Under the pieces are notes generated by a model. That model saw only the letters and a list, made by a program, of their open reading frames with translations, was not told the DNA's origin and made no database searches. Shown here piece after piece: positions 39,101 to 52,220 of a stretch of DNA of 64,000 nt; the first letter of the stretch is position 1, and every line of letters begins with the position of its first letter. Position numbers and translations under genes: made by a program. The stretch is taken from NCBI GenBank assembly GCA_016748015.1, contig JAAOMT010000295.1:1240001-1304000 (forward strand). The letters are read 5' to 3'. Source of the stretch: Geosiphon pyriformis uo1 (Eukaryota; Fungi; Glomeromycota).

Positions 39101-40855
39101 GCGTCCTGTTCATCCATTGGTCTTTCCTGTTTGTACTTGTATTAGTGCTTCTAATAACTTTCTAGCAGACATGATTTGTATTTTTTATGATTGTAACTTG
39201 TTTTTGAATGGTTTCATGGCCAGTTTTTTTTGGTTTTATAATAAGATACCCATGTCTGCTGTTCTGGATAAGTTGAAGTTTATCAAGTTCTCCTTTCTCT
39301 GTGGTGATATAGTATTGTCTTTGTGGATCAACTTCATGATTGTCATGGTACTGTTTTTGATTGGTATACCTTTAAGCAATGGAAAATATTGGATCTCCAT
39401 AGCCCTGTTCTGGAGTGGTTCAAATTGTCTGCTGTATTTTTTAATGATGTGACTTTTTCTTCAGCTCATTCTTTGGCTTTGAATAATACTAGTTCTTTGA
39501 ACATTCTTAAGTCTAGTGAATTTGTAACTGTTTGTGATCATCTTTTGCAGGTTGATACTGGTGTTTTATTTGTGTACACTGATGAATTCTTGAAGAATTT
39601 GGGCACAATCAACTATAAGGCTAGTACTGCTGCTTTTTTTGAGGACATTGGTTTGGGTTTGGGTGTTGGTATGTCAGATTTGATGTCTTCTACTTTGGTA
39701 GAATTGCAGACTATTGCATTGGCTCTGAAGTGTGTTCTCTTATCTAATCCTATTTGCTTGTTTTCAGATAATCAATCTGCTTTGGATGCTTACAAGTCGG
39801 AACTGGGTTTAGTATGTCCTGACTTTTATAATCAGTGTTGGATTGAGCCTCAACATATTTTTAATGTTATTTACAATAAGAATTTGAGGGTTAGTTAACA
39901 CAAGGTGAAAAATTACTTTGATATTTCGGAAAATGAGCACACCAACATAATCACTGGTACTATATTTTTTTTGGGTTGGTGCCTTCCTCCTTGCTTGGAT
40001 GAGCATTTTATTGTGGCTGATAGTAATATTGTTTCTTGCAATTCTAAACACTTTGTTTGTGATACTTTTCATTTTGTTTGTCATGTGTGCTAAAAGGTTG
40101 GTTCTGGTTCTAAATTTTTGGAGAATGGTTTGGTTTCTGAGGTTGACTGAGTCCACTTTTCATTGGTGTGACATCCTGATTTGCATATGGCTACTAGTTT
40201 TACCAGCCAGCTCTCGGCTAATGCATGTACTTACTTCATGAAGGCTTTGCATTATCACCTGCCTGATGCTATTCAGAAGTGTTTTTATAGTAGACTCTAT
40301 TCTAGTGTGTTGTGTTTATATTGTGATGATGTGAAGATGTTAGATTATGTATTCTCTTATAGAGTTGATAAGTCTGCTTGTTGTTGGTTATTGTACTTCC
40401 ACATGGATTCTTGGAGAGCACTTTCTGGCTCCACTTATGCTTCTTTGTATGTGTTACAGCTGTTGTTATCTTGTACTTTTAGTTCCTCTGTGTTTATGGC
40501 TCTTTTTAAGGATTTTGTTTTTGATAATTGGTTCCACAAGACTGTTTCTATTTTCTATGATTCCAAGTTAGCTGGTTTGGAGATTGTTAAGTTTGTATAC
40601 TCTCTCAGTATGGCTTTTAGAAATAATATATGGTTGGTTTATGCTAAGTACTGCATTTATATAGAAAAGAATGATTTGATTCCTCCTAATGGCTCGGCTC
40701 TTATTTTGGTTTCTGGTTTGTCTTTGAAGTTTTCTGCTGATGTGGTGAAACTGCTTGGCATGGCTGATGCTTTTGGTATATGTTTTGGCTTTCGCAAATC
40801 TTGTTCATTTTTCTCAAATCTTGATGGTTCAGTGTCAGTTTATATAGCTGTATAG
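36168..40855 (+). pseudogene. LINE L-b ORF2 (APE endonuclease, RT, RNase H, C-terminal Zn motif)
   Basis: WKVAIYNIREIN; TETK; GGDFN; TIDY; QNMQKAYNSV; DQGE; FVDD (~38471-38482); YLGI; VYTDEF/ELQTI/SDNQ RNase H; CLYC; one frameshift ~39290. Confidence 0.92.
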
Positions 40856-40997
40856 TGTTGTTTTGATTGGCCCAAGTGGCTGATCACATATAAAAAATGC
40901 ATGATTCACACCTAGTTTATATCATTTCTATGATGTATAGCATTAAGCTGTGTTTGGATCTTATTTGTTAATAATAATAATAATAAAAATTTAAGAA

Positions 40998-42590
40998 GTC
41001 TAATACTATAGTAATTTAATATAGCTTTTAAATTTATGTCTGGTTTATACTCTGCTTTCTTACAGACATTATTAACTTGTAATTTTGTCAGTGTTTTAAA
41101 TTCAAGTGATTTTTTTGCTACTTAAAATTATCTATATCAAGTTTAAACTAAAAGCTTTATTGTTTATACAAATAAGTCTTTGAAAAATAAGAGTTTGTTT
41201 TCTATAATTTGTAAGATAGCTGTTTATTTTTTGGATATTGACAAGAGTGTTGAGTAGAAATTTAGAATTTGATGTTATCAACAATAACTGAATTGCAAGT
41301 AATTATATTGATTTTAAAATGTGTACTGTTTTTCTGTTTAATGGTCTTGCATTCAGACTGTTAAGCAGTAATTGATATGTATACAGCTAATTTGGAATAT
41401 GAGTGGCCTGATTTTTACAATATCTAATAAGTAGAACACAAGCATATTGTTAATCTAATTAGGAACAAAAACATATTAATTAAATAGATTAAAATCAAAG
41501 ACCATTTAGATAATATAGACAATAACTGGACAAATATTTTTACAGATATTATTGTTAATTTACATTTGTTTTTTACTTATTGTATTCAAAAAAAATTGTT
41601 GTTTACTAATAGACAAATAATATCAGATAATACTTGCTACTTTATATAGAATATTTACAGGTTAATTAACTATGTCAATTAGGAGACAAATTTTGATACA
41701 ACAATAGTGGCTGATTTTTTTATTCTTTGTATTAATTGATTATATATAGTATTGTTCTAATATCTGGATTCTCATATGTATATTGGCTTTACTAGCAAAG
41801 CATTTTTGGATTTATCTATGTATTTTATAAAAGCTGTACACAAGAAGTTGTTAATTGCTATTAGGAAAAAGTTTTATAACAGAAATTACCTTAGTGTCTT
41901 GTATTTATTGTGTGATAAGATAAAAATTTTTGATTATGTTTTTATTTATTTGAATAATATTGGCTCTTATAAGAATATAATACAAGAGATAATTTTTTGT
42001 TAAAAAGTTTTAGTTAGTATTGATATGCTCTTAGTTTCAGTAATTGTTTGAGATCTTTAGTTAAGTTTGTTAGATATTAGCTTATATAAACTATTAAATA
42101 AAGATTTTGTTTTGAAATATTGGTATAAAAAAGCAATGGCAGTTTTTAAGAATAGAAAAAAAACTGCTTTGGTAATAGTCAATTTTGTTTGCAAGTTTGT
42201 TGAATAATATAGAACAGTAGTGTAGATTTTTAAGTCTAAGTTTAAAGCAAATATAAAATATTGTAACTTGATTTGTATTTTGAGTATAGTTTTAGGACTG
42301 TCAAATTTCTTATTATCTTAGTTATTGGATAATATAATTTGTTTGCTTAGAATTAATAAGACATTTACAATTGGTTTTGGTTTTTATAGACATTATTTGT
42401 TTTTTTTAGGTTTGAGTAATAATATTTTAGTTTAGATAAGTGTATAATATGGCTTTGATTAATCCAAATGGCCAGTCACATGTAAAAAACATGTGAATCA
42501 TATTTAATTAAAAACTCTTAGTCTGTTTTTGTATATTGGTTAGTAATAAAACTGTATTTATTAAATTAATAAAAAAAAATTATAAAAAAA
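40998..42590 (+). mobile_element. LINE L-a segment 4 (RNase H, C-terminus, 3' UTR, A-rich tail)
   Basis: Continues KKLDLR-SLIL across the L-b TSD; MYFIKAVHKKL homologous to L-b; 3' UTR hairpin motif 42455-42497. Confidence 0.85.
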
Positions 42591-42870
42591 CAATTAAATT
42601 TTATTATTTTATTAATGATTATTTTATTTAATTAGAAAATTTTAAAGTATTAATTTATTAGTTTTTATTATAAATTTTTTATTAAAGCTATATAAATATA
42701 TAAGTTTAATTATATTAATTTTTATGTATAAATTTAAATATTAAACCTGTATTATTTTATGTTAATTTATATTATTACTCAAATTTTTGTTCAAATATTT
42801 CTTTAAATAATGTATTTTTTATTAAATATAATTTTTAATATTATAAATATAATAAATAAAATAATAAGTA

Positions 42871-43700
42871 TTTTTTTATTATTAGATATTTAATGAATAT
42901 AGTTTAATTATAATTTAGAAGTTAAAAACAAACTAAGTATTCTAATACTAAATATAATTTATGTGCTTTTTACATGTAACAAGAAAATTTATTCAAAAAA
43001 AATATTTTTTAAACAATCTTAAACAATATAGTACTATTACTAACTAATTAAACCAGTCACTTGGCTGTTTTTAAAGCATCAAACTTGATACTAATAAGTT
43101 TATATTTTTATAGTAATATTAAGTTAGAAAACATATTATTATTAATAACAAATAAACTTATATAAAAGTCAGATATATTAATATTTTTATAATTATACTT
43201 AATTTTTAATACAACTACTTTTTACTTTAACTTACTAACTGCTTTGTTGAAAATACTTATATATACTAAAATTTTATTAACTTTAAGGCCAAATGTATTA
43301 CTTAAAACCAGATTACTATTAATAAATTGTTTAAATACAGTAACTAAATATCTAATTGGATTAATAATAGATTTGATTAGAGCAAAAAGCTTGGCCAAAT
43401 AAGACTTTAAAAAAGCCAATTAAAAGAAAACTATAAAAATATTAGCCAACATATTAGTAGAAAAAGCAGAGCCAATAAAAGAACTAAAAACTAAAAACTA
43501 AAAAAAGCATAAAAGTAATAGTTTTAACATAAAACTTAATACTAATAATATAAGACACAAAAGTTTTGAGATTTTTAAAAAGAAAAGATGAAGATATTTT
43601 ATAATTAACAGTCAAATAATCTAAGTCTTAATACTTAAAATAGTGTCAATATTCAGAAGTTTTCTATTAGATACAATAAAAAAATTTGAAAGTAAAAAAA
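42871..43700 (-). mobile_element. Putative ORF1-only (non-autonomous) LINE 3' portion, very decayed
   Basis: Y-x2-Y-x4-Y-x4-Y (decayed CCHC) at 43601-43642; coiled-coil-like LKSYLAKLFALIKSII; ends in LINE-type TACATGTAAAAAGCACAT motif and TAATAATAAAAAAA tail. Confidence 0.55.
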
Positions 43701-43709
43701 TAAATTATA

Positions 43710-45232
43710 TTATTAATATAATTTTATATCTTATATTAGTACTTTTAAAATTTAATATTAAGTATTAATTATATTTTTTAATAGATTTTTATTCAATATA
43801 TTTACAAAAACTAATAATTATACAAATTAAGAAAAAAAAAAGAATAATAAAAAAGAAATAAAGAATTAATATTATTATATTAATCTAAGTATAAATTCGA
43901 GTATAAATAATTTTTTATAATTTTAAAAAGTCTTAATTATATATTTTCAAAAAAAAATTAATGCTTAAATTAGTAATTACATTAATAATTTAGTTAATAA
44001 TTAAGTCAATAATCAAGCCAATAATTAAGTTAATTATTATATTAAAAACTAATTCTAAAAATAGAATATATAATTAATGATATTAATATTTAATACATAT
44101 AACTAATTATAACTAAGTAAATAAATAAATGCTAAAAAATAAAAGTTTTATTCATAATATTATTTTCTCTAAAAAAATTAAAATAAAATTATATATAAAA
44201 AGTTTTAAAGTTTTTATTTCAAAGCTAATAAATTTTTTAAAATTTTTAACTAATAAGATGTAAAAAGTATTTTGGCAATTATATATTTAAGCATATACTT
44301 TTTTATTTTTTTGTAACAGTTTTTCGGAAATTAATAATAAAATATACTCTAATTTTGTTTTTAATTGTTATTTGTTCTGATAGTAAGTAAAGCATCTGAA
44401 TAATTTTTGTTTAATATTTATAAATAGTAAAAAAAACATTTTGCATATTTTAATTAAAGAAATATTTTTCTATGCTGATTAAAAATACATCTGTTTTAGG
44501 ACTAAAATAATTTTTTTATATATTTGTTTTGTGGTTTTATTAATGAATTTTGTAAGTATTATAACAACTGGTAAACAATTAGTTTTTTGTAGTATTTTTT
44601 AATTTGTGCATTATGAACAAGTCAATTATTAAATATTGTTTCATATTGATTTTACAAGATATAAGTTTATTATTTAATATTTTGTTAATTATAAATAGTT
44701 TTTTCTATAGACTTGAGAATTTGTTACCAAAAATATTGTCTTAATTTAATTTGTATTCAAAAACTAAGTTACCAATACTTAAAAAAAATGTTTTATACAT
44801 TTTTTTTGAGTCTTTCTTGAAATAATTTTATTTTTTGTAAGCAATTATTTATGTTTTTACTAAAAAGTCTAAGATTGTTTCAAGTCTTTGTTGCAAAATG
44901 TTTTTGTAATTAAGTTTAGTTATTTCTTCAAAAAGTATTGTTTTGATATTAGTTTTAATAAATAATATTGCTATTTGTCCATAAAGTAAGTAGAAAAGTT
45001 TATAACCAGTTATGTTATAATTTACTGTTCTATAGACAAAAAGAGCTGAAAACAAAACTTTGTTTTATAGGTTTGTTCTTTTGCTGGTTTTTGCTAGAGT
45101 TTACAAAGTGTTTAATTGAAATGTTCCACTAATTCATTGGTCTGTAGATAATAAAAGAAGAAAAGTTTTCAAGTTTTTTTAATAGCTCTTCTATTAATAA
45201 GCTAAAAAAAGCTTTTTTTCTATTTAAAAATA
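43710..45232 (-). mobile_element. Gypsy relic F (C family): partial 3' LTR (~43710-44159), ORF3 and integrase C-half
   Basis: LTR similar to C LTR; SALFVYRTVNYNITGYKLFYLLYGQ integrase; PKTDVFLISIEKYFF ORF3. Confidence 0.75.
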
Positions 45233-48200
45233 TATCAACTTACCAATAAGTATTATAATATATAACATTTGAAATTATGTGATAAAAATAAGAAAAAAGA
45301 TATATATTATTAAATATAATCTTAAAACTTATACAAAAAAAAATTGTTAAAGTTATATCTGAATTGAATTTGTAATCTTTGACTGACAAATTAAAAACCG
45401 ATTTGTTGGAAATCTTAGAATTAGAAAAATCCTAATTCATTTTATTTATAGAATTGATGTCTTTCGGGTTTCTTAGAGTGACTTTCTTCTTAAATATCTC
45501 AAAGGCGCTCAATTTTTTACTGACAGAAAAATTGCTGAGTTTGTTCTCCAGTGTTTTTTAATCATGTGTGCTTTAGTTGATAGAGAAATCTGTGGAAACT
45601 ACAGTTTAATCACCAGCTTATTATTTATAACTTAGAGCTCTTTGATGTAGTTGTGATGATACTTGGAGTATTTTTCGTGTTTCACTTAAATGGAGCTTTT
45701 ACTGAAAAACTGCTCCTAGTCAAAGGTAAGTGAATTACTTCCTTCTCGCTATTTTCAACAATAGAAATAATCTCTTGGGTGCTGTTTTAACTGTTAACTA
45801 TAATGGAAATAGAAATCACTTTTTTTTTATTTTCCATTCTAGTTATAGTCATATGGGTTATTTTTTTATTTAAGTTTTCTTTTTTGGTTTTTCAATTATA
45901 TTAAAGCTTGGTAATTAGTTATTATAATAAATTTACTCAAAAATTTTATGTAATTTGCTTTACAAATTACTGTAAAGCTTTTTGTTTAATATTAAATATT
46001 CTTTTAGCAAAAATATTTTTTTATATATAATATAATATGTTTTTTGGTTTTTTTAATATTTTCTTTCTTTTAAATCAAAGTTAGGTCTGTATTCTTTTTT
46101 TAAATTGTATTAATAGAATTAGCTTAAAAATAATTGATATTAATAATTAAGAATTATTTCTCTTTTTTCAAAATTTTTAAAAAGATTGGGGACTGTGATT
46201 TTAAAACTAATTACATTAATTGAATTCCTTACATATTTATTTGTTTTTGTTAAAAAATCTTATATTAAATTTATATTGCTCTTAATTACTTTATTTTTTA
46301 TTATTTGTTCGTGTATTATTTTAATTAATAGTAACAACTACTAAAAAAACAACTTTAAAATATGATAAGCAATTTACATCTATTGTTAACAACAATTTGG
46401 AATTCGAAAAAATTATATAAGAATAAAATTGCATTTTACAAATATGCTAAAAACAAAGTCAATAATCGCTTTTTTGAAAATCTGCTAATTTAATAAGCAA
46501 ACAATTTTTTTTACAAAATAGAAAAAATTGCAGTAAAAATATATTTTACAATTATTTTTAAAAAGTTGATTTAATGTTCAACAATATTGTAAAATTTTTT
46601 ATTTATTTAACCAAAAAACAAAATTAAATACAACATTTTTTAACAGAAAACTACTTAACTATTAGCAACGCAATGTTTTTTAAATTAAGTGTAGTTTTTT
46701 TATTATTATTTTATTGTATATATATGTATTCAATAATAAATCATGTACTTTTTACTATTTTTACACCAATGCATTTTTCTTAAATTTTAGTTTATTTTAT
46801 ACTTTTGTCTTATAAAAAAACATTTTAAAAACTTAGCTCAATATGCTGCAATAACATCAAAGTTATTATAATTTATAAAGACATCCAATATAAAATTTAA
46901 AATATTACAGCCTTATTAATTATTTTATTGTTTAAAAATTCGTGTAATTGTACTTTTTAATGTCTTAATACAGTTTATAAAAGTCTTACAATTGAAGCTT
47001 TTTTAACAAAACTTTGTTTTTATAAAAAATATTGAGTTAAGGCAAATTCAGTTTATAGCAAAACAGTTTAAAGTTTTTGCGAATTTTAATATTATTAAAA
47101 TTAAACTTTAAATTTGTATTTCTAATGAGACAAGTTTGTGTTGTATCTTATACTAGTAATTACAAATAATATAGCAAATTAATCAGCAACTTGAATTTAT
47201 AAACTAATTAATTTAAAATAATTTGTTTTTATGTAAAACCGTTTTATTGGAACCAGGAAAATGGCTCTACAAACCAAAATTAAGCAGTCTGAGCTTTAAT
47301 ATTTGTAAAAATACTAACAGCCAAGAATTTTTTATCAAATGTGGTTTTTTTAAAATACTAGTTTTCAAAACTGCAATATTAAGTTTTTAAAGTTATAATT
47401 GCAAATTTTTGACAGCAATAAAAATATAATGATTGTAAAATAAAGCATTTTTAACTTTTTAAATAATTATTTTAATTAAAGAATGCATGTTAAAATATGA
47501 TTTACTTTGTTTTTTATTAGACAAAAATGGACTAAAAACAACTATATTAACAATACAGCCAAATATTAATTTGCGTCTACTTTAATAAATGAATTGTTAC
47601 TGTTAATATCCAAATTGGAAAAAGCATTATTGTTTTTGCTAAAATTAATAAAAAAAACTAATAAAAAATCAAAAGCAAACAAAAAACCAAAGCTTTATTT
47701 TTTCAAAAAAACGGTAATAGTAAGTTTAAAGTTCTTAAAAACACAGAACTGGTGTTGTAAAAATATTAGTAATAACAAATACAACAATTGCTAAAAATAC
47801 AATAATTTCAATACAAGTTTGTTGTTAAAAATCTTAAAACTTTTGCTAACAGTAGAAAAAATCCTAGGCCGTTTTTAATGTGTTTTTTTTAAATAACTTT
47901 AATTGGAAAAAAACTTTTAATTAAAGAAAGAAATTGTTAAAATTGTGCTATTATGAAAAACGTTTTTATACTGTTTTATTGATAAGAAAATTTTTCGGTT
48001 GTTTTCATTTTTAATTATATTAATAAAAACAGCAGTTGTTTTTTTGCTCTAATTGTAAACATAAATTTACAAAACTAAAAGAAACAAAGTTTTTAGCAAC
48101 ACAATCGACATTTATTTTGCCCAAATTAATTTAGAAAACTATATATACCAGAAACTAATTTATGTCAAAAACTTTTTCAAATTTACTATTTTCCTATTTT

Positions 48201-48490
48201 ATTTAACTTCAAATAATTTTTAAATTATTTTTAAAATTAAATATTTTACAACACAAAAATCCATTAGAATCGTTTTTTAATGTCCAAAAAGTTTTAATAC
48301 CGATTTTAATTGATTTAATTGTTTTTAAAAAAAAGCTGTTATTTGAAGTTTTTAAATAGTTTATCAAATAATAAAAATAGTGTTATTTGTAAAATATTTA
48401 ATAAATATCAGCGATTAAAAAACAAATCACACCAAACTTATTAAAGAATTTAATTCAGTTTATAAGAAAAATTGGAAGACCCAAAAAAAT

Positions 48491-48735
48491 TGTTAAGATA
48501 AGGTGAAACAAAAAAAACCAGATAAAACAAGGTAAATAAAACAAGACAAGAGTAATAAAATTTTATATTCTTATAACCAGTGTTAATCTGTTTAAGAAAC
48601 TGGAATTAGATCTGGCTAATCTCTTCTTTTATATTTAAATATTCTAAGTTTTCTTATTAACTGAATTTATAAGGTAACTAAAATATTCCAAAAAGAATTA
48701 AAGAAAATTTTGTAATATTTTACATATCTGTAATA
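48491..48735 (-). repeat. 3' LTR of E
   Basis: Repeat of 51974-52216. Confidence 0.8.
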
Positions 48736-51700
48736 TTATCTTTTTCTTAAGTAATATTTTTCAAATGAAGAAAATTTATTAGAATATTGAATAAAAATTC
48801 TTAAATCAATTATGGCAAATTGGTCATATTATTCCAAGTGTCTTTAGAAATAAAGTAATTTTTTAAGCAATCAAATTTTTTAATTAATAATTAATTTTTT
48901 GAAATTCAGTATTTTTAATTTCAAAGTTAATACTATCTTTTAGTTAAATAAATGAAAAATATTATTAAAGTAATAAAACATAAAAAGAATTGTAAATTTT
49001 ATAGTATATTGGAAGCTTTAACTTTTAAGCTATAGTAAACACTTAATAGATTATTGAAATTAGATCTAGTTTTTATATTTTCATTTTTTACAAGATTTTG
49101 TTGCCAATCTTAAATATTAGTGCTTTTTTATGTTATTTATTTGCTTTTTTTTTATTGTACAATATTACTTTTAAGTTCAAGAATTAAATCTTGAAATTTT
49201 TTAAGTTTAATAACATGTTTTTTAGCAAGAAAATTTACCAATTTTCTTACAACAGAACTAAAATTAAAAAATGTTATTGTCTTAATTAAATTTTAAATAA
49301 TAATAATATATATAAATTCTGCCAACAATATTAAATTAAGACAAAATATTACAAAAACTATTCCAAAATCTAATTAATTCATTTAGTTTGACTATTGATT
49401 TAGAAGTAAAAACTAAAAATAAAGAAATTTTAATAGTAAAAAATTCGAAAAAATGCTAAATCTAAACAACAAATTGGCGTTTCCAATTAAACATAATTTC
49501 ATTCAGAAAACCATAAAGCTTGAAAATGTTATAAAAAATTAATTAGGTTATTTTTCAAAAATAAAGTAAGACATTTTGTTTAAACAATTTATTATAACCA
49601 AAATTGAGTTTTTTTAACTACAGACAAATTTGTTATAATTTTTTTTTAAGACTTAAAAGCATTCTGAATTTCCTAAAACATATATTAAATTATTATAAAA
49701 TAAAGAACTATTTAAGTAATTGAACTTTATATTAATAAATTAAATATGATAAAATTATTAATAACTTTTTAAGCTTAAACATTAATAGCTGTAACTGCTT
49801 AATTATTTAAGAAGTTTTGAATCTGAATATAAAAATAAAATAGTTATTATTTTTAAATATTTAATCTTAAGCAACATAGTTTGTTACTAACTATAATTTT
49901 ATTTCTTTTTTTAAGTTTAAAATATTACAACAAAGCATAAATTTTGTTTATTAATAAATTAAAACAATAAAAAATTATAAATTAAAATTACCATATAAAT
50001 TAACTATTAAGTCTAATGTTAATTATAAATTTAGTTATTATTAAATACTAAAGATTTTTATGGTTATAAAAAATAGTAACTTAATATTAAACATCAACAA
50101 AATATTAATACTATTACTTAAAAACAGTAATGATTGCCAAAAGTTTCTTATTATAAATCTTTCTTAAAAAAAATTTGTGTAAATAAAAACCAATTGCTAT
50201 TTAATTTAGATTATAATAGAACTGTTCTAAGAACAAAATTTGAAACATTAGTTTTAATAATATATAACTTGATAAAATCAACATAAATTAAAAAAAAGCA
50301 GTAGTAAAAACTTGTTTAAGAACTTAAAATGTAATATAGCTTGCAGAATTTACATAAATAACTTATTTTTACATGTTAAAGCAGTTAACAAAGTGGTAAA
50401 ACTTAAATGGTTTTTAATAAACAATAATAAAAATTGCTAAATTCAAAAAATCTTTGATCATTTTTCATAAAATGAAATATTGTTTAATTTAAAAATTTTT
50501 GAAATTTTTTGGTTATTAAAATACCTTTTAAGAAAATAATATACCTAAAAAATTCGACTTGGAATTAAATTTCTCAAGTTAAATATATAATCTGTATTGT
50601 TATAAAATATTTAAAAACAATACATATGTGTTTTTTATAACTTTTTAAATTTTTAGGCAAATGAGAATATTATCAAGATAACAAACAATAAATTAATTCA
50701 GAAATTTTTAAACATATTATTTATCAAATGCTGAAAGATATTAAGTGTATTTATTAATTTAAACAAAACAATTAAATACTTAAAATGCCCATAATGTATT
50801 TTAAAACCTGTTTTCTATTTATTTTTTTATGCAATTGCATAAAATATAAACATCATAAATATTAATTTTAGTAAACAACCAAGTTAAACATAACTGATCC
50901 AAAAGATTTAAAATCAGAAATAAAGAATATTAATTCTTAATAATAATTTAATTAAGACTTTAATAATTATACAAAGCTTAAGAAGACCATTTTTTTTGAC
51001 AAAAAGTATTAAAGCATTTAATAAAAAATTAAAATAATAAATAATTTTTTTTTGGATTTTAATACAGAAAAAATATTTTTTCTTTTTCTAAATAATAAAC
51101 AGTTATACAAATAATAGTTTAAAAATGAATTAACTTTTTTTTATTAAATACATTGTCATATTTTTAATATTTATTCAACAACTTGAAATTTTTAAAAGAT
51201 CTTTATTTATTATTTTTTGTTAATATTTTATACAATATAAATATTGAATTATTTAAAGCTGTTTATGAATAGTTAAATCATTGGTTAAAGAAGTTTTAAT
51301 AAAATTCTTGAATTAACAATTTTAGGAATATTAGCAACTTTAATTTTATGAGTCTTTCATCAATTATGTAATTATAGTCGAGATAATTAAAAAATAGTAA
51401 CATAGTAAAAATTCTTAATAATATGAAAGATAATCTAGTTTTTTAGTTTTTTTAAATGATTTAAAATAAGTTGCATTAATTAATATTAGATTATTACACA
51501 TATAAGCATTGGTTAACCAGGTGTTAAAAAGTAAAAAAAAACAGAATTGACAATATGTTTTTAAAAGCATTATTTCTTATAATGTTTAAAAAATTGGTTT
51601 TTATAATAAACTGTATTTTTAATAACATTATTAAATGTTATCACATTAGACAAAGTTAATAAAAAATCTTAAAGATTATTGCAAAGATCAAAACAAAATT

Positions 51701-51973
51701 AATTAACCAAAAATTTCTTTTTTTAGTTGATATTACATGTCAATTAACAATATTCAACAGCATAAATCACAGTAAAACAATTTTTATGACAAAAATAATG
51801 TAACTGATTAGCTCAAATATGAATTTTATTAGTATTATTAAAGCTGTGCAAAAGACTTCTTTAACTAAGTGTTCTTTTATTAAACAAGTCAAAAAGCTGG
51901 AAAAACTTAAGTAGAGTCAATTTGTTCTACAGATATAATGAACTACAGATAGAATAATAAAAACAGATTAAAC

Positions 51974-52216
51974 TATCAAGGTAAAATAAACTAGATAAAA
52001 CAAAGATAAAAAAACAAAACAAAACAAAACAAACCTAATCCAACTTTAGATTTTTATAACTAGTGTTAATCTGTCTAACAAAACTAGAACCAAATCTGGT
52101 CAGTTTTTTTTTTATATCTAGATACTCTGAGATTTTCTACTAACTGAATTTATATTATAACTGGAATATTTCAGAAGAATTCAAGAAACTTTGTAATATT
52201 CTACATGTTCATAACA
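51974..52216 (-). repeat. 5' LTR of E
   Basis: Ends ATAACA on + strand; repeat of 48491-48735. Confidence 0.8.
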
Positions 52217-52220
52217 AAAT

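Larger units (their letters stand above)
34119..40988 (+). mobile_element. Full-length LINE L-b (APE-RT-RNase H type), (TAA)n tail, TSD ATTTAAGAA
   Basis: ATTTAAGAA at 34110-34118 and 40989-40997; tail 40968-40988; two ORFs. Confidence 0.93.
48491..52216 (-). mobile_element. Chromodomain-bearing Ty3/Gypsy relic E, internally deleted, ~245-bp LTRs
   Basis: LTRs 48491-48735 and 51974-52216; flanks AAAT/AAAT; PPT AAGAAAAAGATAA. RT FIVCYLDNILI (~50675); IN INSQTK*IN*ILE*FL; KLKLPIYYKIYNSFYV; chromodomain-like LIA*KNYFISKDTWN..NL..LI*EF (~48790-48930). Confidence 0.8.

Noticed and set aside
40860-40910. Hammerhead or HDV ribozyme in LINE 3' UTRs or LTRs
   Set aside because: No CTGANGA/GAAA core or nested pseudoknot was recognisable by eye; an Infernal scan would be needed to exclude one.
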